A program made the position numbers and the translations under genes. 59,901 nucleotides of DNA, taken from the NCBI GenBank assembly GCA_042217375.1, contig JBDGSV010000059.1, forward strand, positions 1-59,901, given 5' to 3'. Below, in pieces: positions 18,861 through 26,379 of this stretch. The stretch's first letter is position 1; every line of letters starts with the position of its first letter. The notes under the pieces are model-generated. The model made no database searches, was not told the DNA's origin, and was given only the letters and a program-made list of their open reading frames with translations. Source of the stretch: Haloarculaceae archaeon. Lineage in GTDB: Archaea > Halobacteriota > Halobacteria > Halobacteriales > Haloarculaceae.

Positions 18861-19137
18861 CCGCCCGACTCGTGGCCGCACGGCGTCCGGCCACGCGTCT
18901 GACGCTGCCGCGAACGCCGCCGCCACCGGCGGGAGATCGTCCGCCGCGCGTCAGACGTCCGTGCGACTCGTTTCAACTGGAAATCGCAAGCGGGCAGCCG
19001 GACGACACGCGCACGTCAGACGCGGCGTCGCCGAGACCACAAAACCCATTAACGACACCCCGAATCGCCCGGGTGGAGGATGGACGGACACACGCTCCTT
19101 CCCTGTCCGTCGGGGGCGCACACACCCCCCAACGCTC

Positions 19138-19770
19138 CTAGTCCGTGACGAGGTGCCGGTAGGCAGGGCCCGCGAGCAGCAGCGCCGCGACGGCGACGGC
19201 CGCGACGACCAGCCGCGGGTCGGGCGACAGCGACCCCGGGTCGAACCGGGCCAGCGACCGACCGGCCAGCACCGCGGCGACCGTCCAGGGCAACTCGCCG
19301 AGCGCGGTGCCGACGACGAACGCGGACAGCGAGACGCCGGCCGCGCCCGCGGCCGTCGACGTCGCCTCCGCCGGCGTCGGGGCGAGCCGGACCGCGATCA
19401 GCCCCCGGAGGTGCCCGACCTCGGAGAAGTAGCGCTCGCTGCCGGTCGCGAACCGACCGAGGAACCCGTCCCGGGGCGCGACGTAGCGCCCGGCGGCGAA
19501 CGGGACGAGGCTCGTGAACACCGCGCCGACGAGTGCGATCGGCAGGCCCACGGCCAGCCCGTAGCGGTACCCCACCAGCGCCGAGAGCAGACTGACGGGC
19601 CAGCCGACGAACGGCCGGAAGAGGTAGAGGGCGACGAGGAGGGCCGGGAACCAGGGACTGGCGACGACCGACCGCGTCCGGGCGAACACGGCGTCCGGGG
19701 AGACCAGCACCGCGAGTGCGACGAGGAGAGCCAGACCCGCACCGAGCGCGACCCGTCGCCGGGTGAACAT
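19138..19770 (-). CDS. TVP38/TMEM64 (DedA/SNARE-associated) family membrane protein
   Basis: 210 aa polytopic membrane protein; the arrangement is typical of this family. Assignment is from memory. Confidence 0.65.
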   Translation of the reverse strand: MFTRRRVALGAGLALLVALAVLVSPDAVFARTRSVVASPWFPALLVALYLFRPFVGWPVSLLSALVGYRYGLAVGLPIALVGAVFTSLVPFAAGRYVAPRDGFLGRFATGSERYFSEVGHLRGLIAVRLAPTPAEATSTAAGAAGVSLSAFVVGTALGELPWTVAAVLAGRSLARFDPGSLSPDPRLVVAAVAVAALLLAGPAYRHLVTD

Positions 19771-19819
19771 ACCACCGCTATCCAGCCGGCGAGCATAGGT
19801 TCTGTGGCTCGGCCGCCGA

Positions 19820-20428
19820 TCAGGCCCGGTACACCTCCCCAGTGCGCTCGTACTCGACGGTCTCGGCGACCCGGTCGGCCACGGTCTCGCCGAACTCCCG
19901 GGCGACCAGGTGGAGCGCGAGGTCGAGGCCGGACGTCACGCCCCCTGCGGTCACCACGTCCCCGTCGTCGACCACGCGGGCCTCGACCACCTCGGCGTCC
20001 GTCGCTCGGAGGTCGGCCACCGCGCCCCGGTGGGTGACCGCCGGCCGACCGTCGAGCAGACCCGCGCGGGCGAGCAACATCGTGCCGGTGCAGACCGCGG
20101 CGACCGTCGCGCCGCGCCGGTGGCAGGCCGCGACGGCGAGCGGCACGTCGCCGCGCTCGGCCTCGGCCCACGCGCCCGCCTCGGCCCGGTCGTTCCACCC
20201 GCCGCCCGGCACGACGAGCAGGTCCGGTTCGGCCAGTCGGCCGTCGGGAACCACCCGGAGCCCGTGGCTCCCGCGCACCCGGTCGACCGGCGAGAGCGTC
20301 CGCGTGCTCACGGTCGCCGTCCGGCCCGCGGTCTGCTCGACGGCGCGCGCCGCGGTCGCGAACACCTCGAACGGGCCTACGGCGTCGAGTTCGTCGAACC
20401 CCTCGTAGAGCAGGACCTGAACGTCCAT
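19820..20428 (-). CDS. DJ-1/PfpI family protein
   Basis: Start re-set to the ATG at 20428 (MDVQVLLYEGFDELD...). Nucleophile-elbow cysteine in AAVCTG. Confidence 0.85.
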   Translation of the reverse strand: MDVQVLLYEGFDELDAVGPFEVFATAARAVEQTAGRTATVSTRTLSPVDRVRGSHGLRVVPDGRLAEPDLLVVPGGGWNDRAEAGAWAEAERGDVPLAVAACHRRGATVAAVCTGTMLLARAGLLDGRPAVTHRGAVADLRATDAEVVEARVVDDGDVVTAGGVTSGLDLALHLVAREFGETVADRVAETVEYERTGEVYRA

Positions 20429-20595
20429 GCGACCCGTACGGGCGCGAGCGTGATGAGTCGTTCCCGGACGTGACGGGGTCCAACCGGCCGACGCGCGCCG
20501 CGGCGGGGGCGCGACGGCGGACCATTCGAGGAGTGGACGACGTTTCGAGGAGTGGACGCGAAGCCCCTTGACCTGGAGCGTGCAAGAGAGGATCG

Positions 20596-20901
20596 ATGGT
20601 GGCCTCACAGCGTTCCGACCCGGAAACGTGTACCTACTGTGGCGAGCGCGTCGCGGGCGAGCGCGCGTACCGCCGTCACCTGTACGACGCGCACGAGCCG
20701 TCGGAACTCGGCGCCATCGACCGGCGCCGGTACGACAGCTACCGCCCCGAGCCGAACGCTGTCGTCCAGGCCAGCGGCGAGGTCGTGTCGGGCCTCGGTA
20801 GCCTGCGCTACCCCGTCGAGCGCGAGACGATGGCCCGGTACGCGCTCTACGGCTTCCTCACGAGCCTGTTCCTCGCGGCCGCACTGGGGGTGGGACTGTG
20901 A
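20596..20901 (+). CDS. Small C2H2-type zinc-finger-like protein with C-terminal TM helix
   Basis: 101 aa with CTYCGERVAGERAYRRHLYDAH (CxxC...HxxxxH) and a hydrophobic C-terminus. The stop overlaps the next gene start by 4 nt. Confidence 0.6.
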   Translation: MVASQRSDPETCTYCGERVAGERAYRRHLYDAHEPSELGAIDRRRYDSYRPEPNAVVQASGEVVSGLGSLRYPVERETMARYALYGFLTSLFLAAALGVGL

Positions 20902-21761
20902 GCGCGATCGACGGCCTCTACGGGCGACTCGGCGAGACGACCCGCACCTTCGACTGCTGTGACACGACGTTCGAGGTGCACGCCGAGGGCGTCCGCGCCG
21001 CCGCGGCCGTCGACAGGGCGGTGCGAGTCGCCCGCGACCTCGAGGGGCAGTTGAACGCCTTCGACCCGGAGAGCGACGTGTCGGCGCTCGCCCGCGACGG
21101 CGAGGTGACCAACCGCCACGTGGCGACGCTCGTCCGGCGCGCCGAGGAGTACGAGGACCGGACGGGCGGCGTCTTCAGCGTCCGCCACGGCGCGACCGAG
21201 CGCGCCGTCAAAGCGTACATCCGCGAGGGCGGCGACCGTCCGGCCGAGACGGGGGACGGCGAGGTGACGGTCGCCGCCGACGGCGACACCGTCACCGCGT
21301 CCGGCCCGCTCGACCTGAACGGGATCGCGAAGGGGTACCTGGTCGACCGCGCGTACGCGGCGCTCGACGGCCCCGGCCGCCGGGGCTACGTCAACGGCGG
21401 CGGCGACATCGCCGGGCCGACCGGCGGCGGCGTCGCCGTCGAGAGCCCGTGGGGCGGCGACCCCCTGCGCGTGCTCGACACGGACTGGTCGGTCGCGACC
21501 TCGGGCAGTTACCGGCGCCGACGCGGCGGCGTCGACCACATCTACCGCCCGAGAGACGACGCGGTCGGCGCACAGAACACGCTCGTGACCGTCGTCGCCC
21601 GGCGGGACTGCACCGAGGCGGACGTGCTCGCGACGACCTGCGCCGCGCTCCACCCGGACGCCGCCCTCGACCTGATCGCAGACTGGTCGGGCGCCGAGGC
21701 GTTCCTCGTCCACGACGGCGTGTTCCACCAGACGGAGGGGTTCGATGCGCATCTCGCGTGA
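20898..21761 (+). CDS. apbE: FAD:protein FMN transferase (ApbE family)
   Basis: 287 aa, GTG start. ApbE-like LDLNGIAKGYLVDRA and a TSGSYRR segment. Confidence 0.85.
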   Translation: MSAIDGLYGRLGETTRTFDCCDTTFEVHAEGVRAAAAVDRAVRVARDLEGQLNAFDPESDVSALARDGEVTNRHVATLVRRAEEYEDRTGGVFSVRHGATERAVKAYIREGGDRPAETGDGEVTVAADGDTVTASGPLDLNGIAKGYLVDRAYAALDGPGRRGYVNGGGDIAGPTGGGVAVESPWGGDPLRVLDTDWSVATSGSYRRRRGGVDHIYRPRDDAVGAQNTLVTVVARRDCTEADVLATTCAALHPDAALDLIADWSGAEAFLVHDGVFHQTEGFDAHLA

Positions 21762-22059
21762 CGTCGTCCGGCCGCTCGTCGCGCTCGTGGTGATCGTGGC
21801 CGCGGTCTCGCTCGTCTCCACCGTGGCGGCCTACCGCACCGCGAACACCCAGCACCCGCGGCCCGACAGCGTCTCCTGCCAGAAGGCCGAGGCGCTGGCC
21901 CAGCGCGACCCCGCCTACCGCAGGATCGCGGAGCGGTGCGAGCAGACCCGCGGCCTGAGTTCGACGGGTGAGACGAGACGCGAGGAGGCCAGAGAGCACG
22001 GCGAGCGCTCGTCGTCGGGACGGCGCGTCGTCGTCGTGACCAGGTCGGGGGCGTCCTGA
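21745..22059 (+). CDS. Small membrane-anchored protein (N-terminal TM), unknown function
   Basis: 104 aa with one N-terminal TM helix (PLVALVVIVAAVSLVSTVAAY) and a charged tail. Overlaps the apbE end by 17 nt; the operon context supports it. Confidence 0.5.
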   Translation: MRISRDVVRPLVALVVIVAAVSLVSTVAAYRTANTQHPRPDSVSCQKAEALAQRDPAYRRIAERCEQTRGLSSTGETRREEAREHGERSSSGRRVVVVTRSGAS

Positions 22060-22060
22060 C

Positions 22061-22606
22061 GTGGCGAGCGCACTCGTCACGGGGATCTGGCTGCTCGACC
22101 GCGGGACCGCGCTCGTCGCGCTGCCCGCGCTCTGGGTCGCCGTCCTCACGGGCGTGTTCGTGCGGACCGGCCGCCCGGCGTGGCTCCACGGCTTCTCGAA
22201 CCGGTGGCACACCCGGATCTCGATGTTCGGGCTGATCGTCGCCGGGATGCACGCGGCGACCGGTGGGGTCGACGCGCTCCTGCTGGGCGCGGGGCTCGCG
22301 CCCGCCCCGAACTACCCCGGCTGGCTCTTCCTGGCCGGGGTGGGCGTGGGAGTGCTCTCGCTCGTGGCGATCGTGATCGCGGTCGTCAGTTTCCTCGCGC
22401 CCTGGCGGTTCGACAACCCCGGGCTGGTTCACTGGCTCGCGTACGTGGGGTTCGCGCTCGGCGTCGTCCACGCCGTCGCGATCGGGACCGACGTCGTCGG
22501 GCTGACCGAGGCGCTCGTGATCGACTCGCTGCTGGTCGTCGCGCTCGCGCTCGTCGTGAAGGTCCTCGTCGGCGTCGGGGCTGGCGTCAAGCGCGTCGTC
22601 GCCTGA
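22061..22606 (+). CDS. Ferric-reductase-domain (bis-heme cytochrome b, MsrQ/NOX-TM-like) membrane protein
   Basis: 181 aa, about 5-6 TM, GTG start. Histidine pairs H-x13-H (WHTRISMFGLIVAGMH) and H-x12-H (VHWLAYVGFALGVVH) match the heme-ligand spacing of ferric reductase domains. Confidence 0.75.
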   Translation: MASALVTGIWLLDRGTALVALPALWVAVLTGVFVRTGRPAWLHGFSNRWHTRISMFGLIVAGMHAATGGVDALLLGAGLAPAPNYPGWLFLAGVGVGVLSLVAIVIAVVSFLAPWRFDNPGLVHWLAYVGFALGVVHAVAIGTDVVGLTEALVIDSLLVVALALVVKVLVGVGAGVKRVVA

Positions 22607-23125
22607 CTAGGCGTTCCAGACGTCGAGGACGTTGTCGAGCAGGCGGTCGGTGAAGCTCTCCTCGTAGGTGGCGTACAGCTTCAGCACGCGCTCCTGATCG
22701 ACCAGCGCGTACTCGACGCGGCGGCCGTCGCGTCGCTTCTCGACGACGCCGGCGTCGTGGAGCCGGGAGAGGTGCCAGGAGACCGTCGACCGCGACTTCT
22801 CGACCCGCCCGGCGAGGTCGGTCGTGGTCAGCGGCCCGTCGGCGGCGAGGTGGGCGATGATCTCGCGGGAGTAGCTCCGCCGGAGTTCGGAGAGTGTCGT
22901 CTTGTCCGCGGCGTCGAGTTCGTGGGCCGGGTAGTACCGGGTGAACTCGCCGTCCTGTTCGGCCTCGACGAGGTCGTGTGAGCGCAGCCACCGCAGGTGG
23001 TACTGCACGGTGCCCTTCGCGTAGTCGAGCTGCCGCTGGAGCGCCCGGAAGTGGACGCCGGGTGCGCGGTCGATGGCCTGGTAGATCTCGCGCCTGGATT
23101 CCAGGTCGAATTGCGGGTCGGCCAT
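22607..23125 (-). CDS. Winged helix-turn-helix transcriptional regulator (ArsR-like, apparently two wHTH units)
   Basis: 172 aa. Two segments resemble wHTH recognition units (GVHFRALQRQLDYAKGTVQYHLRWL and LTTTDLAGRVEKSRSTVSWHLSRL). Confidence 0.85.
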   Translation of the reverse strand: MADPQFDLESRREIYQAIDRAPGVHFRALQRQLDYAKGTVQYHLRWLRSHDLVEAEQDGEFTRYYPAHELDAADKTTLSELRRSYSREIIAHLAADGPLTTTDLAGRVEKSRSTVSWHLSRLHDAGVVEKRRDGRRVEYALVDQERVLKLYATYEESFTDRLLDNVLDVWNA

Positions 23126-23131
23126 GGGAAC

Positions 23132-23518
23132 CTACGAGCGCGTGAACGCGACGAAGAACAGCACGAGGCCGGCCAGGACCAGCAACGGCGAGAGGTGGGT
23201 CACGGCCTCCGCCGCGAGCACCAGCAGCGAAGGGTGGACCTCGCTGGCCTCGAAGGAGAACTCGACGGTCGGGGCGACGACGACCGCCAGCCCGCGGACC
23301 GCGAACAGGGCGTACGCGACCGTCACGACGAGGAGCTTGCGGTCGCGCTCGCGACGCCAGGCGAGCCCCGTCAACAGGCAGAGCCCGCAGCCCACGACGA
23401 AGATGCCGAAGCTCAGGAGCCAGCGTATCCCGTCGGGATCGGCCACGTCGGTCACGACGGTACCTACCGCGCGTCGGGGGAAATCGCTTCTCGTCCACCC
23501 GTCGAATCGGTGCCGCAC
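23132..23518 (-). CDS. Small polytopic membrane protein, unknown function
   Basis: 128 aa, GTG start, 3-4 TM helices. Ends 6 nt upstream of the wHTH gene, so likely the same operon. Confidence 0.6.
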   Translation of the reverse strand: MRHRFDGWTRSDFPRRAVGTVVTDVADPDGIRWLLSFGIFVVGCGLCLLTGLAWRRERDRKLLVVTVAYALFAVRGLAVVVAPTVEFSFEASEVHPSLLVLAAEAVTHLSPLLVLAGLVLFFVAFTRS

Positions 23519-23522
23519 GGGA

Positions 23523-23552
23523 GATTTCGTATCCCGCCATGCGGTTTATCGC
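23523..23552. repeat. 30-nt motif, inverted copy of 24519..24548 (27/30 identical)
   Basis: GATTTCGTATCCCGCCATGCGGTTTATCGC vs the reverse complement of 24519..24548 (GATTTCGTATCGCTGCATGCGGTTTATCGC), aligned by hand. Covers the -5 to -34 region of the 23518 GTG start. Confidence 0.85.
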
Positions 23553-23566
23553 GACGACGCGGGGAG

Positions 23567-23573
23567 CTTTTAC
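23567..23573 (+). promoter_or_regulatory. Candidate TATA box (CTTTTAC) for leaderless rio2
   Basis: AT-rich heptamer centred about 26 nt upstream of the ATG at 23596; the spacing is typical of haloarchaeal leaderless genes. Confidence 0.4.
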
Positions 23574-23595
23574 CCGCTGACCGGCAACCGGCGGT

Positions 23596-24498
23596 ATGGT
23601 CCAGAACGTCGCCGGCCAGATGGCCGAGCTCGAACAGGAGGACTTCTACCTCCTCTCGGGGCTCGAGCACGGGATGCGGTTCTCCCGGTGGGTGGACCGG
23701 CGGAAGCTCCCGGACTTCTCCCGCCTGACCGGCGAGGACGTCGGCTACCGGCTCGACCGCTGCGAACAGCGGGGGCTCGTCGAGCGGAAGACCATCCAGT
23801 ACGAGGGGTTCCGGCTGACGTTCGAGGGGTACGACGCGCTCGCGCTCCACACCTTCGCCGAGCGGGACACGATCGACGGCGTGGGCGCCCCCCTGGGCGT
23901 CGGCAAGGAGAGCGACGTCTACGAGGCCCGCTCGTACAAGCCCCTCGCCCTGAAGTTCCACCGCGAGGGGTACACCAACTTTCGCGAGGTCCAGAAAGAG
24001 CGGTCCTACACCGCCGACAAGCAGCACATCTCCTGGTTCTACACGGCGCGGAAGGCCGCAGAGCGGGAGTACGAGGCCCTGGAGACGCTCTATCCCGACG
24101 TCAGCGTCCCGCGGCCGATCGACCACAACCGCCACGCGGTCGTGATGGACCGCGTCGACGGCGTGGAACTCGACCGCGCCCGCCTGGCGGACGACCAGGT
24201 CCGGCCCGTCCTCGACCTCGTGCTCCGCGAGGTCCAGGCCGCCTACCAGAACGGGTTCGTCCACGCCGACATGAGCGAGTACAACGTCTTCGTCAACGAG
24301 GAGGGCGTCGTGGTCTTCGACTGGCCCCAGGCGGTGCCGACCGACCACGGGAACAGCGACGAACTGCTCGAACGCGACGTCGAGAACGTCCTCGGCTACT
24401 TCCGGCGGAAGTACCCGGGTCGCACCGACGACTCGTGGGACGCGCGCGCCGTCGCCGGCCGGATCCGCGACGACGCGTTCGACTCCGTCGCCGACTGA
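23596..24498 (+). CDS. rio2: RIO-type serine/threonine protein kinase Rio2
   Basis: 300 aa with an N-terminal wHTH (characteristic of Rio2), then a kinase core (GVGKESDVYEA, LKFHREG, VHADMSEYNVFV, DWPQAV). Confidence 0.92.
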   Translation: MVQNVAGQMAELEQEDFYLLSGLEHGMRFSRWVDRRKLPDFSRLTGEDVGYRLDRCEQRGLVERKTIQYEGFRLTFEGYDALALHTFAERDTIDGVGAPLGVGKESDVYEARSYKPLALKFHREGYTNFREVQKERSYTADKQHISWFYTARKAAEREYEALETLYPDVSVPRPIDHNRHAVVMDRVDGVELDRARLADDQVRPVLDLVLREVQAAYQNGFVHADMSEYNVFVNEEGVVVFDWPQAVPTDHGNSDELLERDVENVLGYFRRKYPGRTDDSWDARAVAGRIRDDAFDSVAD

Positions 24499-24518
24499 GT
24501 CCCCGCTCGCAGTCGGGT

Positions 24519-24548
24519 GCGATAAACCGCATGCAGCGATACGAAATC
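24519..24548. repeat. 30-nt motif, inverted copy of 23523..23552
   Basis: Lies in the 100-nt gap between the convergent 3' ends of rio2 and pdxS. Confidence 0.85.
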
Positions 24549-24598
24549 GGAGAGACCACCGGCCGCTCGGTGCGTCGCTGCCGGGAGAACGGCGCGGC

Positions 24599-25510
24599 TC
24601 AGACGCCGCGGCCCTGGAGTTTCTCGTCTTCGGGGAGGTCGACGTTCGCGTCGCCCTTCATGCCCTTCCCGGTGCCGGTGGCGATCTCGGCGAGGGTGTC
24701 GGGGTCGTCCCAGTTGTTGACGGCCTCGACGATGGCGGTGCCCATCTGCACCGGGTCCTCGGCGCCGAAGATGCCCGAGCCGACGAAGATGCCGTCGCAC
24801 TCGTGGTGCATCATCAGCGCGGCGTCGGCGGGCGTGGCGATGCCGCCGGCGGCGAAGTTGACCACGGGGAGCCGGCCCATCCCGGCCGTCTCGTGGACGA
24901 GAGCCGCGGGCGCCTCGTGCTCGCGCGCCCACTGCTCGCGTTCTTCGTGGGTCATGCCTTCGAGCCGCCGGATCGCGCCCTTGATGGTGCGCTGGTGGTG
25001 GACCGCCTGGTTCACGTCGCCGGTGCCGGCCTCGCCCTTGGTGCGGATCATGGCGGCGCCCTCGTCGATGCGGCGGAGCGCCTCCCCGAGGTCGCGGGCC
25101 CCGCAGACGAACGGTGCGGTGAAGTCCCGCTTGTCGATGTGGAAGGCGTCGTCGGCCGGCGTCAGGACCTCGGACTCGTCGATCATGTCCACGCCGACGG
25201 CTTCCAGGATCTCGGCCTCCTTGGTGTGGCCGATGCGGGCCTTCCCCATCACGGGGATCGAGACCTCGTCGATGATCTCGGCGACGTCCCCGGGGTCGGC
25301 CATCCGGGCGACGCCGCCGCGCTTCCGGATGTCTGCGGGGACGGCCTCCAGGGCCATCACGGCGACGGCGCCCGCGTCCTCGGCGATGCGCGCCTGCTCG
25401 CGGGAGACGACGTCCATGATGACGCCGCCCTTCTGCATCTTGGCGAACCCTCGTTTGACGAGCTCCGTGCCACGCCGGAGCTCCTCGAGGTCCGTCTCGG
25501 TCTCGGTCAT
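24599..25510 (-). CDS. pdxS: Pyridoxal 5'-phosphate synthase, lyase subunit PdxS
   Basis: 303 aa, highly conserved PdxS sequence ([39 protein letters not shown]). Confidence 0.95.
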   Translation of the reverse strand: MTETETDLEELRRGTELVKRGFAKMQKGGVIMDVVSREQARIAEDAGAVAVMALEAVPADIRKRGGVARMADPGDVAEIIDEVSIPVMGKARIGHTKEAEILEAVGVDMIDESEVLTPADDAFHIDKRDFTAPFVCGARDLGEALRRIDEGAAMIRTKGEAGTGDVNQAVHHQRTIKGAIRRLEGMTHEEREQWAREHEAPAALVHETAGMGRLPVVNFAAGGIATPADAALMMHHECDGIFVGSGIFGAEDPVQMGTAIVEAVNNWDDPDTLAEIATGTGKGMKGDANVDLPEDEKLQGRGV

Positions 25511-25530
25511 GGGCCCGAATATGGGAGGGA

Positions 25531-25542
25531 ACTACTTAATCC
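25531..25542 (-). promoter_or_regulatory. Candidate TATA box for leaderless pdxS
   Basis: The minus strand reads GGATTAAGTAGT, centred about 27 nt upstream of the ATG at 25510. Confidence 0.35.
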
Positions 25543-25628
25543 GTGGCATACCGTGACTGCGTCGCGGTCCGGACCGCGGGCCCGCGCCGCAACGGGGATG
25601 TTTTGGTGGTGGAGGCCGCGGTCGGCAC

Positions 25629-26372
25629 ATGGCAAGCCCGTCCAGCGCCGTCCGGGACGCGGCGGCCCGCGTGGTCGCGCTCGGCGGCGAGGTCCCGGAA
25701 CGCGAGGACCTCCCGTGGTACGTCGCACCGCTCCCCGCCTGGATCGAGGACGTCGGGCTCTCGCTGGCGTGGCTCGTCGTCGCCATCAACCTCGCGGGGA
25801 CCGCGTTCGGCTTCTACTACTACGGGTTCCAGTTCACCGTCGAACCGGTCGTGATGTGGCCGTTCGTCCCCGACTCGCCCGTCGCGACGCTGTTCATCGC
25901 CCTGAGCATCGCCGCCTGGAAGCTCGGCCACGAGCAGGAGTGGCTGAACGCGCTCGCGTTCTTCGGCTGTCTCAAGCTGGGCGTGTGGACGCCGTTCGTC
26001 CTGCTGGTGTTCTTCGACCACTGGTCGTACCTCCACCCCGCCATGTACAACTTCCTGCTCTGGAGCCACCTGGCGATGGCCGTCGAGGGGTTCGTCCTCT
26101 ACCGCTACGCCGACTTCCCCGTCGGCGCGGTGTTCGTCGCCGTCCTCTGGTACGGCGCCAACGACGTCGTGGACTATTTCGTCCCGATCGTGGGCACGCC
26201 CCACCACACGCTGCTGCCCGTCCAGTCGATCGTCGGGGGCGTCCCCCAGCACGTCTCGCCCGCCCACGAGATCGCCGCGGCCGGCGCGGTCGTGCTGACG
26301 GTCCTGGCGACGTTCCTCGCGCTCGCGACGCGGGTGAAGAAACTCGAACGGCGACTGCGGGCAGACGGCTGA
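25629..26372 (+). CDS. Polytopic membrane protein (DUF1405-like)
   Basis: 247 aa, aromatic-rich TM helices (FGFYYYGFQF, WTPFVLLVFFDHWSY). Family name is from memory. Confidence 0.75.
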   Translation: MASPSSAVRDAAARVVALGGEVPEREDLPWYVAPLPAWIEDVGLSLAWLVVAINLAGTAFGFYYYGFQFTVEPVVMWPFVPDSPVATLFIALSIAAWKLGHEQEWLNALAFFGCLKLGVWTPFVLLVFFDHWSYLHPAMYNFLLWSHLAMAVEGFVLYRYADFPVGAVFVAVLWYGANDVVDYFVPIVGTPHHTLLPVQSIVGGVPQHVSPAHEIAAAGAVVLTVLATFLALATRVKKLERRLRADG

Positions 26373-26379
26373 GCGCCGG

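Noticed and set aside
23520-23540. Both copies of the 30-nt repeat begin a tiny similar reading frame: MAGYEIS on the minus strand at 23540 and MQRYEIG on the plus strand at 24531.
   Set aside because: The similarity is simply the repeat itself. Beyond 7 codons the frames diverge into junk that overlaps real genes, and the three mismatches fall in codons 2-3. There is no evidence for a conserved micropeptide.
23124-25556. 810-aa plus-strand ORF covering rio2 (other frame) and antisense to pdxS.
   Set aside because: It is Ser/Arg/Pro/Thr-rich low-complexity translation. rio2 and pdxS in the competing frames are unmistakable.
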